Notes under the pieces: generated by a model
Databases searched by the model: none
What the model saw: only the letters and a program-made list of their open reading frames with translations
What the model was told of the DNA's origin: nothing
From: an uncultured Methanosarcinales archaeon
GTDB lineage: Archaea > Nanobdellota > Nanobdellia > Woesearchaeales > UBA11576
Direction of reading: 5' to 3'
NCBI GenBank assembly: GCA_964572875.1
Contig: CAZNGE010000001.1
Coordinates: forward strand, 24,834 to 88,833
DNA: 64,000 bases
Translations under genes and position numbers: made by a program
In this document: positions 1 to 11,028 of the stretch, piece by piece
How positions within the stretch are numbered: the first letter of the stretch is position 1
Layout of the letters: each line of letters begins with the position of its first letter

Positions 1-2
1 GG

Positions 3-1410
<1,408 letters not shown>

Positions 1411-1453
1411 AACAGCAGAGAGCTTCAGCAAGCATCAGGAAAAGAATATCAAG

Positions 1454-2644
1454 ATGGAACTGCCCACCCTCCATAACATGTACATAGGGAAGAAGCGCGT
1501 CCTAGTCAGGACTGGGTTCGATGTGCCTATAGACGAGAAAGGGAATATCCTGGATGACAGCAGGATCCGCATCTCAGTTCCCACGATAAAATATCTTCTT
1601 GAGCATGGCGCTTCGCAGGTCATTGTCATCACGCACATAGGCAGGCCCAAGGACAAAGAGGCCCACCTGAAGACAGACAGGTTGGCTGCAAAGCTCTCGG
1701 AGCTTATCGGCGCGCAGGTAAAGAAGATAGACAGTCTCGGGGAGAAAGGAATCCCCGCCCCAGAGCAGAGCCGGATCGTGATGCTTGAGAACCTGCGTTT
1801 CGACCCACGGGAGAAGGATAAGGACCCGGAGAAAAGGGATAGTCTCGGAAAGCAGCTCGCATCCCTCGCCGACATATACGTGAATGACTCGTTCTCTACC
1901 TGCCACAGGGACCACGCGTCCATGACATCAGTGCCTAAATTCATCCCGGGCTGCGCAGGGCTGAGCGTTGAACAGGAGGTCTTCACCATCACCAAGGCTC
2001 TGGAAGATCCAGAAAGGCCGTTCATCTCCATCATCGGCGGAGTCAAGGCAGACAAGCTCAACGCGATAGCTAACCTCATAGACAGGGTCGACATGATACT
2101 TGTTGCGGGCGCGCTCGCATTCACCCTCCTGAAACAGTTCGGCAGGGAAGTTGGAAAGACAAAGACAGATACAGAAGGGCTTGCAGGATTCGAAGACCTG
2201 CTGCCCAAGATAAAAGACAATCCGAAAGTCATCCTTCCGGTGGATGCCGTGCTTGCAGACCGGTTCGACAAGGACGCGCAATCCAAGACAGCATCGACAG
2301 ACAGCATGGATCCGGCATGGATGGCGCTCGACATCGGCCCTGAGACGATAAGGATATTCAAGGATAAGCTGGCAGGCGCCAAGACCATAGTCTGGAACGG
2401 GCCGATAGGCGTGTTCGAGTTCGACAGGTTCGCCAATGGCACAAAGGAGATAGCAGAGGCGCTGGCAGATTCAGGCGCGACTGTGATTGTAGGTGGCGGT
2501 GATTCTGGCGCTGCTGTCGAGAAGCTCGGGCTCAAGGAGAAGATGACACTCGTATCATCCGGCGGAGGTGCATCACTGGCCTTGTTTGAGGGCAAGGAGC
2601 TCATAGCTTTAAAAGGTTTGGAACAAAGCATGAAGAAACCATAG
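1454..2644 (+). CDS. pgk: Phosphoglycerate kinase
   Basis: KRVLVRTGFDVPIDEKGNILDDSRIRISVPTIKYLLEHGA and the C-terminal VIVGGGDSGAAV hinge motif. ATG at 1454 (MELPTL). The earlier track start overlaps gap. Confidence 0.93.
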   Translation: MELPTLHNMYIGKKRVLVRTGFDVPIDEKGNILDDSRIRISVPTIKYLLEHGASQVIVITHIGRPKDKEAHLKTDRLAAKLSELIGAQVKKIDSLGEKGIPAPEQSRIVMLENLRFDPREKDKDPEKRDSLGKQLASLADIYVNDSFSTCHRDHASMTSVPKFIPGCAGLSVEQEVFTITKALEDPERPFISIIGGVKADKLNAIANLIDRVDMILVAGALAFTLLKQFGREVGKTKTDTEGLAGFEDLLPKIKDNPKVILPVDAVLADRFDKDAQSKTASTDSMDPAWMALDIGPETIRIFKDKLAGAKTIVWNGPIGVFEFDRFANGTKEIAEALADSGATVIVGGGDSGAAVEKLGLKEKMTLVSSGGGASLALFEGKELIALKGLEQSMKKP

Positions 2645-2679
2645 AAAATTATAAAAGAACACAGATTATTCAGAAGGAC

Positions 2680-3648
2680 ATGGCGAAAAAGAGGAAAGCG
2701 AAGAACAAGAAGGCAAAGTATGATGTCATCGCTGTAGGATCTGCCACCATAGACTGCTTCGTGAACCTGCCTGTCGATTTCAGGAACATCAGGCACGGCT
2801 CGAAACTGCTGATCGAGGACATAAAGCTCCTTACAGGAGGCGGAGCGACAAACGTCGCTGTCGGCCTGAGGCGCCTCGGCCTTAAGGTAGGGTTCATAGG
2901 AGAGGTCGGTGACGACCACTCTGCATACATCGTAAGGCGCGACCTCGAGAAGGAAGGCGTCGATTTCCTTGTCAAGCAGCACTCAAGGCACGAGACCGCC
3001 TACTCAGTGATACTCGAGTCAATGGGAAAGGACCGCGCAATACTCGTTTACAAGGGTGCAAGCAGCTATCTCCATCCTGAAGAGGTCAGGAGCATAAACA
3101 AGGACGCTGCATGGTTCTATTTCTCGTCGATGATGGGAGCATCGCTCAAGACCCTGAACACACTCGCGAACTATGCGAAGAGGAACCGCATCAGGGTGTT
3201 CTTCAACCCGAGCAGCTACACCATAGAGAGATGCAGGAAAGAGATGGACAATATACTTTCAGCCACGACGATAATCTCGGTCAATAAGGAGGAGGCGCAG
3301 GCGCTGCTCGGCAGCAGGTCAGACAGGCCGGAAGAGCTCCTGAAAGGCATGAAGGCCCTCGGCCCTGAAGTATGCATCATGACCGACGGCGAGAATGGAG
3401 CTTATGCGTTCGATGGGACGTCATTCGTCCACCAGGAAGCCAGCAGGATAAGGATTGTGGACACTACCGGCGCAGGGGATTCATTCAACTCAGGGTTCCT
3501 TGGAGGATACCTAATAAACAAGAGACTCAATGATGATAAGAGGCTGAGAGCAGCCATGAAGATGGGTGCGGCAAACGCTAAGTCGGTCATCAGCCATGTA
3601 GGGGCCAAGACGGGCCTGCTTACCAGGAGGAAGATGCTAAGATGCTAG
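2680..3648 (+). CDS. PfkB-family carbohydrate kinase; in this operon context probably an ATP-dependent 6-phosphofructokinase (inference)
   Basis: Ribokinase/PfkB signature DTTGAGDSFNSGFLGGYL and an N-terminal GSATIDCF motif. Position between pgk and fba. RBS AGAAGG. Confidence 0.8.
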   Translation: MAKKRKAKNKKAKYDVIAVGSATIDCFVNLPVDFRNIRHGSKLLIEDIKLLTGGGATNVAVGLRRLGLKVGFIGEVGDDHSAYIVRRDLEKEGVDFLVKQHSRHETAYSVILESMGKDRAILVYKGASSYLHPEEVRSINKDAAWFYFSSMMGASLKTLNTLANYAKRNRIRVFFNPSSYTIERCRKEMDNILSATTIISVNKEEAQALLGSRSDRPEELLKGMKALGPEVCIMTDGENGAYAFDGTSFVHQEASRIRIVDTTGAGDSFNSGFLGGYLINKRLNDDKRLRAAMKMGAANAKSVISHVGAKTGLLTRRKMLRC

Positions 3649-4562
3649 TCACGAACAAGGCGCTCCAGCAGGTTGCGCAGAAGAGGAAGTACGCTGTAGG
3701 TGCATTCAACGTTTATGACATGGAGTCTGTCCAGTCGGTGGTGAAGGCTGCTGAGCTTGAGAGGTCTCCGGCGATCATCGCTACCAGCGAGGGCGCGATA
3801 GAGTATGCAGGTCATGAGTTCATCGCAGACCTGATCAGGCTTGCCGCGGAAAAGTCAAGGATGCCTTTCAGCATGCACCTCGACCATGGCAAGGACATGA
3901 AGATAATAAAAGACTGCATACGTCTGGGCTATACCTCTGTCATGATAGACGCTTCAAAGCATGAGTTCAAGGATAACATAAGGATGACGAGGAAGGTGGT
4001 GGGCATGGCCCACAGGAAAGGGGTCTCTGTCGAGGCTGAGCTGGGAACCATCGGCGGCGTCGAGGACAATGTCTCAGCCAAGACGATCATACTCACAGAG
4101 CCTGATGACGCAAAGGAATTCGTCGGGAAGACCGGATGTGACACCCTCGCGGTCGCGATAGGCACGAGCCATGGCGCTTACAAGTTCGCAGGAAAGTCAA
4201 AGCTCGACATAGCCAGGCTGAAGCTGATAAAGAGGAAAGTGAAGGTCCCTCTCGTTCTGCACGGGGCGTCAGGTATACCGCAGTGGGTGGTCAGGAAAGC
4301 CACTCTTTTCGGTGCGATGCTAGGCAAGGCGAGGGGTGTCTCAGAAGAGGACATAAGAGCGGCTGTCCACAACGGCATCAGCAAGGTCAACATCGACTCG
4401 GACCTGAGGCTTACGTTCGACGCCACAGTCCGGGAAGTGCTGAAGAACAGGCCGGAAGAGTTCGACCCTAGGAAGATCCTCGGCCCCGCAAGGGATGCTA
4501 TCACTGAGATGATAAGGTACAAGATGAGGCTGTTCAGCTCTTCTGGAAAAGTAAAGAGGTAG
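3642..4562 (+). CDS. fba: Fructose-bisphosphate aldolase, class II (metal-dependent)
   Basis: YAVGAFNVYDMESVQSVVKAAE...MHLDHGKD...LHGASG class II FBA/tagatose-bisphosphate aldolase motifs. Overlaps pfkB stop (ATG..TAG). Confidence 0.85.
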   Translation: MLVTNKALQQVAQKRKYAVGAFNVYDMESVQSVVKAAELERSPAIIATSEGAIEYAGHEFIADLIRLAAEKSRMPFSMHLDHGKDMKIIKDCIRLGYTSVMIDASKHEFKDNIRMTRKVVGMAHRKGVSVEAELGTIGGVEDNVSAKTIILTEPDDAKEFVGKTGCDTLAVAIGTSHGAYKFAGKSKLDIARLKLIKRKVKVPLVLHGASGIPQWVVRKATLFGAMLGKARGVSEEDIRAAVHNGISKVNIDSDLRLTFDATVREVLKNRPEEFDPRKILGPARDAITEMIRYKMRLFSSSGKVKR

Positions 4563-4565
4563 AAT

Positions 4566-5231
4566 ATGACAATCATCGTGGTGAATTTCAAGACGTATGC
4601 GCAGGCCACAGGCGAGCGCGCCGTAAAGCTCGCGAAGATATGCGAGAAGGTGGCGAAAGAGAAGAAGATAGACATAATGGTTGCTGTGCAGAACGCAGAC
4701 CTGTTCCATGTATCAAGCGAAGTCTCTATCCCGGTCTTTGCAGAGCATATAGACCCTGTCAAGTACGGCGCCAACACAGGAAAGGACCTTCCCGAAGCGC
4801 TGGTCGAGAACGGCGCGACAGGAGTCCTGATCAACCACTCAGAGGACCAGGATGAGCTTAAGGACATCGAGGGGAGCATAAAGCGCGCGAAAGACATCGG
4901 CCTGAAGACAATTGTCTGCGCCCCGAGCGCTAAGTCGAGCGAGGCTATCGCTGCTTTCGGGCCTGACTTTGTCGCTGTCGAGCCTCCTGAGCTCATCGGG
5001 GGGGACATATCAGTGTCGAAGGCGCAGCCAGGGCTGATATCAGAGACTGTCAAGCTCGTCCATAAGGTAGACGGGAAGATTCCGGTGCTGTGCGGCGCAG
5101 GGATAAAGGACCACGAGGACGTCAGGATAGCGGTGAAGCTTGGCTGTGAAGGCATACTTATCGCGTCCGGCGTGACAAAGGCAGAGGATCCTGAGAAGGC
5201 TCTTCTGGACCTGACAAGGGGGTTTGGATGA
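4566..5231 (+). CDS. tpiA: Triosephosphate isomerase, short archaeal type
   Basis: 221 aa, IVVNFKTY start, GGD/EPPELIGG and AGIKDHEDV motifs typical of the archaeal roughly 220-aa TIM. Confidence 0.85.
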   Translation: MTIIVVNFKTYAQATGERAVKLAKICEKVAKEKKIDIMVAVQNADLFHVSSEVSIPVFAEHIDPVKYGANTGKDLPEALVENGATGVLINHSEDQDELKDIEGSIKRAKDIGLKTIVCAPSAKSSEAIAAFGPDFVAVEPPELIGGDISVSKAQPGLISETVKLVHKVDGKIPVLCGAGIKDHEDVRIAVKLGCEGILIASGVTKAEDPEKALLDLTRGFG

Positions 5232-6436
5232 TGCTGCACCTGGACATATCACATCTGGACATAAGGAGATACTCTTCCATCAAATCAAAGCTGGACAGGA
5301 TAAGGAAGATGGAAGTTCCGGCATTTGAGAAGCACAAGGAAGACATCACAAGGCTTACAGCTACGCTCAAGAAGTACAGGAAGTACAGCAACCTGCTCGT
5401 CATCGGAAACGGCGGATCTAACACATCATTCAGGGCATTCCATCAGGCGCTTGTCCCGATGGACAGCAAGAAGAAGGCGTTCATCCTCACGACAATGGAG
5501 CCTGACCTGATCAGCGAGCTGAAGGAGGTTTTTCCGAAAAGAAAGACGCTTGTCATGCCCATCAGCAAATCAGGCACCACGATAGGGGTAATAGAGTCCT
5601 TGCTCGCTTTCGACGGGTACAGGATGCTGCCGGTGACATCGCCAGGAACTGGTGCGCTTTCAGTGATAGCTGAGAAAGAGGGTTTCGAGATGGTTCCGCA
5701 CGCGCCTGTCGGCGGACGTTACTCAGGGCTTACCGCCTCTGCATTCGCGCCTGCCCTGTTCTTCGGCATAGATGTAGAGACCATAGACAACGGAGCCAGG
5801 ACAACGTATAAGTACTGCAATCCGCAGGTGCACATAGACAAGAACCCTGCGTTGCAGCTCGCGGCTTCGCTCTACCTGCTCGACAAGAAGGGATATGACG
5901 AGATATTCTGCCCAATATACTCATCGAAGCTTTCAGGGTTCCAGAACCTCATAGTCCAGCTCATGCATGAGACTGTAGGCAAGAAGAAGAAAGGCCAGAC
6001 CATATTCTGCGCTGACGCCCCCGAGTCCCAGCACCACACCAACCAGCGATTTTTCGGCGGGAAGAGGAACGTGCTGGGTGTCTTCCTGACTGTCGAGAAC
6101 CAGCAGGACAATGACACGAAGGTCAAGGTCCCGCCTTCGATAAGGCAGATCAAGGCGCGTGACGGCACCATAGGAGATGTCAACGGCGTGCCTTATGCCA
6201 AGGCCCTTGAGTACGAGTTCAGGGGAACCTATGAGGATGCGATAGACAAGAAGATACCTGTCGCGCACATAAGCCTCGACAAGGTCTCTGCATTCAGTGT
6301 AGGTGAACTGATGGCATTCTGGCATTACGTTGCAGTATATTCCGCGTGGCTGCGGGACCTCAACCCGTTTGACCAGCCGCAGGTCGAGAGCTCCAAGGAC
6401 ATCAGCTTCAGGCTGAGTAGAATGCACAAGGGATGA
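5228..6436 (+). CDS. pgi: Glucose-6-phosphate isomerase (conventional PGI family)
   Basis: VIGNGGS and ISKSGTT motifs (PGI GIGGS / SKSGTT signatures). ATGA overlap with tpi. The exact start (5228 or a later Met) is uncertain. Confidence 0.72.
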   Translation: MMLHLDISHLDIRRYSSIKSKLDRIRKMEVPAFEKHKEDITRLTATLKKYRKYSNLLVIGNGGSNTSFRAFHQALVPMDSKKKAFILTTMEPDLISELKEVFPKRKTLVMPISKSGTTIGVIESLLAFDGYRMLPVTSPGTGALSVIAEKEGFEMVPHAPVGGRYSGLTASAFAPALFFGIDVETIDNGARTTYKYCNPQVHIDKNPALQLAASLYLLDKKGYDEIFCPIYSSKLSGFQNLIVQLMHETVGKKKKGQTIFCADAPESQHHTNQRFFGGKRNVLGVFLTVENQQDNDTKVKVPPSIRQIKARDGTIGDVNGVPYAKALEYEFRGTYEDAIDKKIPVAHISLDKVSAFSVGELMAFWHYVAVYSAWLRDLNPFDQPQVESSKDISFRLSRMHKG

Positions 6437-6509
6437 GCGACCATTCATGGCCCTAAGAAATACATTCAAGGATATGATTCAAGGATATGTTCTGGCATTA
6501 ACGTTGAGC

Positions 6510-7790
6510 TCACACCCAATTGACCTTCAGGAAATGCACCGAGCATGAGAAGCAGGGGTCATAGGCCCTTATCAGCTTTTCTATCTCGAAGACGATCTTC
6601 TTATCTCCGAGCTTTATTACAGAAGGCAGGAAAGCCCTTATGTCCTCCTGCATGTTGAGCAGGCTCTGGCAGGTGGGGGTTATGATGTTGGCCTTTGTTA
6701 TGTCCCCTTTCTCGTTTATCTCATAGTCATGTATCAGGATGCCCCTCGGAGCTTCCGTCACTGCTATGCCTCTTGACTTCCTGAACTTCATCTCCGCAGG
6801 GGTCTCTTCCTGGACCTTGAGCTTGCGGCAGATCTCCATGCACCTGTCGATGCTGTGCACCAGCTCCACCGCCTGCGCGAAGTTGTTCATGAAAGGATTC
6901 ATTATAGGGAGCTTGACCTTTGCGTCGGTGAGCAGCTTCTTGGCGTTCTTAGACAGGAACTTGTAATTGTTGTTGAGCCTGGCAAGGGCACCGACCATGT
7001 ACCTCTTGTCCTTCTTGACGACGAAATTCGCTGTCGAATAAGGCTCATGGTACTCCTCCAGGTATTTCAGGTAATCGTCTTTCTTGAACTTGCTGGACTG
7101 GGAGACCAGGCTCCCGTATAAGGTAGGATAAGTGCTGCCGTCTTGGAGCGAGAAGTATTCTGTCTCATTCTCAAACTTAGGGCATTTCAGTTTTGTGAAC
7201 AGGCGGGCGGTCGCTGCAGCGTCCGCCTGGGCGTCCTGCAGCCTTCTCCTGAAATTATCTATCTGCTCCTGCTCAGGTATCTTCAGCATCCCTCCGACCT
7301 GGGCAGACACGGGATGCATGTCCCTGCCTCCGATGGTCGATATGATATCATTGCCGAGCTTGGTGAGCCTGAGTGCCCTCAGGACATCGTTCTTGAACTT
7401 GGGTCCAAGAGCGAGGGCTGATTCCGCACCGACATAGTCGGGCAGCGCTAGGAAATAGAGGTGCGTCGCATGGCTCCGTATCCTCTCTCCGAGAACTATG
7501 AGCTCCCTGAGCATCTTTGTCTGCTCAGAGACCTTTATGCCGAGCGCGTTCTCGACCGCCTGTATCGAGCACATGGTGTGGATGCAGCTGCATATGCCAC
7601 ATATCCTAGATGTCAGCTCAGGAGCCTCATAGCATTTCCTTCCCTTTAGCAGACCCTCGAAGTATCTTGATCCCTCTATCGCGCCGAGTTCACACCGCTT
7701 TACCTCATTCCCGTCGATGGACAGGGTGAGGTTGGCGTGACCCTCTATCTTTGTTATGTGCTCGAGCTTTATTGTCTTTGACATCTTCAA
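6510..7790 (-). CDS. hydA: [NiFe] hydrogenase large (alpha) subunit, group 3
   Basis: N-terminal RICGICS and C-terminal DPCFSCSVH Ni-Fe ligand motifs. Short C-terminal extension (FLKVNWV) consistent with protease processing. Confidence 0.9.
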   Translation of the reverse strand: MKMSKTIKLEHITKIEGHANLTLSIDGNEVKRCELGAIEGSRYFEGLLKGRKCYEAPELTSRICGICSCIHTMCSIQAVENALGIKVSEQTKMLRELIVLGERIRSHATHLYFLALPDYVGAESALALGPKFKNDVLRALRLTKLGNDIISTIGGRDMHPVSAQVGGMLKIPEQEQIDNFRRRLQDAQADAAATARLFTKLKCPKFENETEYFSLQDGSTYPTLYGSLVSQSSKFKKDDYLKYLEEYHEPYSTANFVVKKDKRYMVGALARLNNNYKFLSKNAKKLLTDAKVKLPIMNPFMNNFAQAVELVHSIDRCMEICRKLKVQEETPAEMKFRKSRGIAVTEAPRGILIHDYEINEKGDITKANIITPTCQSLLNMQEDIRAFLPSVIKLGDKKIVFEIEKLIRAYDPCFSCSVHFLKVNWV

Positions 7791-7805
7791 AAATCTCCTA
7801 CAGTG

Positions 7806-9029
7806 CTATTTCTTCTTGAGCTTCATCCTGCTGAAGAATGATGCCGGTTTCTTGGGCTTTTTCGGCGCCACTTTCTTTGGTGCTTTGTTCTTGACCTTAT
7901 TTTTGACGCAGGTTTTCTTATTTGCAGGCGTTTTCTTTGTTTTCTTCTTCACTGCATTTTTCTTGGCATTCCTCCTGGCAGGCTTCTTCTTGACCCTCTT
8001 CTTCAGCGCTTTCTTCCTTGAAGGATGGCTCTTGGCTTTCCTCTTTGTCTTCTTCACTTTACTGGCTTTCTTCCCCTTCCTGGCCTTTTTGGGCCTCTTC
8101 AGTTTCTTAGCATGCTTCTTCATCTTCTTGTCATGCTTCTTCATCTTCTTGTCATGCTTCTTCATCTTCTTGTCATGCTTCTTCATCTTCTTGGCAGGCT
8201 TTTTCTTCGCTTTATCCTTCTTAGGCCTTATCTTGACCGGCTTGACCATTTTCTGCTTGGGCGGTTTCTCTATCATGAGCCCTGCGAATGTCCTGAGCCT
8301 CTGCTTTATGTGCTCTTTGGTGAATCCTTTCTCTTCAAGAAGCTTTATTATGAGCGGGATGTTCGCGTCAGGTGTAGGTCCTCTGCATCCCCAGCACTCA
8401 AGCCCGCCGTTAGTGCATATGGAATCACAGCCTCCTCTGGTTATGGGGCCAAGGCACATCTTTCCATCGTCGAGAAGACAGCGGTTCTGGTTCAGCCTGC
8501 ACTCGAAGCATACAGGCTTGTCATAATCAACAGGGGTCTTGCCCAGAAGCACGTCCTTTATGAAGTTTAATACCTGCTTCTTGTCTGGAGGGCATCCAGG
8601 TATGTAATGATCCACAGTCACATAATCCTTTATGGGCGTGGCCGGCATGTCCCTCAGTTCCTTGAGCTTCTCATAGACGAGACCTGAATATTTGGAGGGG
8701 TCGATGAAGTTCCTGTATGCGGGGATGCATCCTGTGCAGGCACAGGAACCGAACGCCACAAGAACCTTTGCCCTGCTCCGCACTGATTTTAGGATATCGA
8801 GATCATCATTGCTCGCCACGAGACCTTCTACGAACGCAATGTCTAACTGCTTGTCATCCTTGATTTCCTTCACGAACCTGAATGCCTTTATGTCTATATG
8901 CGCCGCGAGGTCAAGCAGCTCCTCTTCATTGAACAGGAAACTCAGCAGGCACCCATTGCAGCCCGTCAGGTCATAAAACGCTACTGCCGGTTTGTTGCTC
9001 TTATTAGGTCTCGCCATTTTATGGATCAA
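7806..9029 (-). CDS. hydD: [NiFe] hydrogenase small (delta) subunit with an unusual 150-aa Lys-rich C-terminal extension
   Basis: N-terminal AFYDLTGCNGC and GSCACTGCIP FeS-binding regions typical of a group-3 small subunit. Canonical length is about 260 aa, here 407 aa with a KKMKKHD repeat tail. Confidence 0.85.
   Translation of the reverse strand: MIHKMARPNKSNKPAVAFYDLTGCNGCLLSFLFNEEELLDLAAHIDIKAFRFVKEIKDDKQLDIAFVEGLVASNDDLDILKSVRSRAKVLVAFGSCACTGCIPAYRNFIDPSKYSGLVYEKLKELRDMPATPIKDYVTVDHYIPGCPPDKKQVLNFIKDVLLGKTPVDYDKPVCFECRLNQNRCLLDDGKMCLGPITRGGCDSICTNGGLECWGCRGPTPDANIPLIIKLLEEKGFTKEHIKQRLRTFAGLMIEKPPKQKMVKPVKIRPKKDKAKKKPAKKMKKHDKKMKKHDKKMKKHDKKMKKHAKKLKRPKKARKGKKASKVKKTKRKAKSHPSRKKALKKRVKKKPARRNAKKNAVKKKTKKTPANKKTCVKNKVKNKAPKKVAPKKPKKPASFFSRMKLKKK
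8111..8194 (-). repeat. Four tandem 21-nt repeats (catgcttcttcatcttcttgt on + strand) encoding (KKMKKHD)x4 within the hydD tail
   Basis: Direct reading of 8111..8194 shows four consecutive identical or near-identical 21-mers. Confidence 0.9.
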
Positions 9030-9865
9030 TCGTTCTTGTACTTGCTTATCTCGTCATACCTGAACACTGGGCCGTCCAGGCAGGTGTATTTCCCGTGTAT
9101 CATGCAGTGGCCGCACACGCCGAGTGCGCAGTTCATCAGCCGTTCCGTGCTTATGTACATCTGGTCCTCCTTGAATCCCTTGCTCTTGAGTATGTCTATG
9201 GTTATCTTCATCATCATAGGCGGCCCGCATATGAAAACTATCTTGTTTTCCGGGTTGAGCTTTGCCTTGTCGAGAAGGTTGGTGATGAAGCACACGTCGC
9301 AGGATATGCTGGCCTTCTTGGGATTCTTGTCGACGCTGAGGTTGAGAAGGTAGTTCTTCTTCCACTGCTTCATATCATCCTTGAACAGGATATCCTCCGG
9401 CGTCCTGAAGCCGAAGTATATCATGACATCGCCGAAGTCGTTCCTGTGCTTGTCGACATACGCAAGTATTCCCTTGAGGGGGGCGACCCCGCTTCCGCCG
9501 CCTATGAGTACGAGGTTCTTGCCGAAGAACCTGTCCATGGGGTATCCTTTGCCACATGGTCCCCTGACGTACAGAGAGTCGCCTTTCTTCAGGTCTGCCA
9601 GCGCCTTGGTGACATTGCCCACCTCCCTTATGTTGAGGTCGAGATGATCGTCAGAGCAGGAAGCGACTGATATAGGCGCCTCGCCTATGCCGGGGAGAGT
9701 GACCTGGAAGAACTGGCCTGGATCGTAGTGTGACTTCAGCGCCAGCCGTATCAGGAAGCAATCCGAACTCTCCCGCCTGTAGAGCGTTATCTTCGCCGGC
9801 TGAGGCAGGTAAGGGTTTCTCATCTTCCCGCCGGGTTCATCAGTCCTTGTCTTTGTCCTTGGCAT
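9026..9865 (-). CDS. hydG: Hydrogenase gamma subunit (FAD/NAD(P)-binding, 2Fe-2S; PyrK/sulfite-reductase-like)
   Basis: GIGEAPIS, GGGSGVAPL and C-terminal CxxGxCxxC...C motifs. Stop overlaps the hydD start. Confidence 0.85.
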   Translation of the reverse strand: MPRTKTRTDEPGGKMRNPYLPQPAKITLYRRESSDCFLIRLALKSHYDPGQFFQVTLPGIGEAPISVASCSDDHLDLNIREVGNVTKALADLKKGDSLYVRGPCGKGYPMDRFFGKNLVLIGGGSGVAPLKGILAYVDKHRNDFGDVMIYFGFRTPEDILFKDDMKQWKKNYLLNLSVDKNPKKASISCDVCFITNLLDKAKLNPENKIVFICGPPMMMKITIDILKSKGFKEDQMYISTERLMNCALGVCGHCMIHGKYTCLDGPVFRYDEISKYKND

Positions 9866-9902
9866 GAGTTTATCCTCAATAGGTAATCATGAATCCTTTT
9901 CA

Positions 9903-10880
9903 TCAATCCTTCATATCATTCAGTATATTAACGAAATTTATCCTTGTCGGGCATCCTCTTATGCATCTCCCGCAGCCTGTGCATAGGTTCATGCCATGCT
10001 TCTCCCTGAAGTACTGCAGCTGATGGTATATCCTGTGCTTGAACCTGTCTTCCCTCGAGTCCCTGAAGACATGTCCTCCCGCGACTTTCGTGAAGCAGGT
10101 CAGCTGGCATGACGCCCAGTTCCTCTTTCGTTCCACCTTGCTGAGCTTGGAGTCTATCTCATCATATAGGTCAAAGCAGTAGCAGCTCGGGCATAGCGTG
10201 ACGCATGCCGCGCAGCTGAAGCAGATATCTACCCCTTTCTTCCAGTCAGGGCTGTTATAGTATGCTGCGATGTCCCTCTTCTCGAGCTTGAGGTCGGTCT
10301 CCATGCGGCGGTCCTCAGGCGTGAGGAAAAGGTCCGTATCCCAGAAATATTTCCTGTACCTGTCCACGAACGACCTGCCCTTCTCAGACCCGATCTCCAC
10401 GAGGTATGCATCCTCTTTCTCATAGAGCATGAGGTCGTAATAGTCACCGAGGTCCATAGATGAGCAGAAGCAGTATTCGTCGAAAGGCTCCTTGCAGTGG
10501 TAGCCGATAAGGACCGTCCGCTCCCTCTCCTCGGTATAGTACGGGTCTTCTGTCTCTTTCATGAACATTAGGTCCTGGCGTTTTATCGAGTTGAGGTCGC
10601 ACCTCTTAAGGCCCAGCATCACCCTCTGCTTCTTCTCCGGCTGGAGCTCAGGCACAGAGACCTTGCCCTTGTCGAACGACATAAGGGTCTGCCGCTTCTT
10701 GAAGAAGAAATGCTTGACAGGGAAGTATGTATGGAGGTCAAGATGTATCGCTGAAACGTCTTTTATGGTCTCGAACCTGGACTCGTCTGTCATGACCGGC
10801 GCGACAAGCTCGTTGTATCTCATGACATCTGACAAGAAATCATTGAATGACGACTTGTTTATCTTCAGCATATATACCAC
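9903..10880 (-). CDS. hydB: Hydrogenase beta subunit (4Fe-4S; AsrA/HydB-like)
   Basis: CFSCAACVTLCPSCYC and CTGCGRCIRGCP ferredoxin-type clusters. First gene of hydBGDA order. Confidence 0.8.
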   Translation of the reverse strand: MVYMLKINKSSFNDFLSDVMRYNELVAPVMTDESRFETIKDVSAIHLDLHTYFPVKHFFFKKRQTLMSFDKGKVSVPELQPEKKQRVMLGLKRCDLNSIKRQDLMFMKETEDPYYTEERERTVLIGYHCKEPFDEYCFCSSMDLGDYYDLMLYEKEDAYLVEIGSEKGRSFVDRYRKYFWDTDLFLTPEDRRMETDLKLEKRDIAAYYNSPDWKKGVDICFSCAACVTLCPSCYCFDLYDEIDSKLSKVERKRNWASCQLTCFTKVAGGHVFRDSREDRFKHRIYHQLQYFREKHGMNLCTGCGRCIRGCPTRINFVNILNDMKD

Positions 10881-11028
10881 TTTTTATTTTATGAGCAGTG
10901 CCACCGCGAATTCACGAGGCGCTTTAGCAACAACAATGCGGGCGTTGTCGGGGGACGCCCCATCCGGGGAGACAGCCCCTTCAGCGGATTATTCGCACGC
11001 CGAGCCTCGCGTGGCGCTGCGACTTTTT

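Noticed and set aside
1435-2982. 515-aa minus-strand ORF spanning pgk and pfkB
   Set aside because: Ser/Leu-rich low-complexity translation antisense to two strongly conserved genes (PGK, PfkB kinase). No motifs.
4178-5239. 353-aa minus-strand ORF antisense to fba/tpi
   Set aside because: Low-complexity S/T/A-rich product antisense to conserved class II aldolase and TIM coding sequence.
6437-6509. 13-nt tandem duplication ATTCAAGGATATG x2 between convergent pgi and hydA
   Set aside because: Probably a trivial slippage duplication in a convergent-terminator spacer. No further structure.
7756-8526. 256-aa + strand ORF rich in F/L (FFIFLSCFFIFLSC...) with internal repeats
   Set aside because: It is the antisense reading of the Lys-rich tail of hydD (AAG/AAA codons read as CTT/TTT). 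It has no start context. The opposite strand has clear hydrogenase small-subunit homology.
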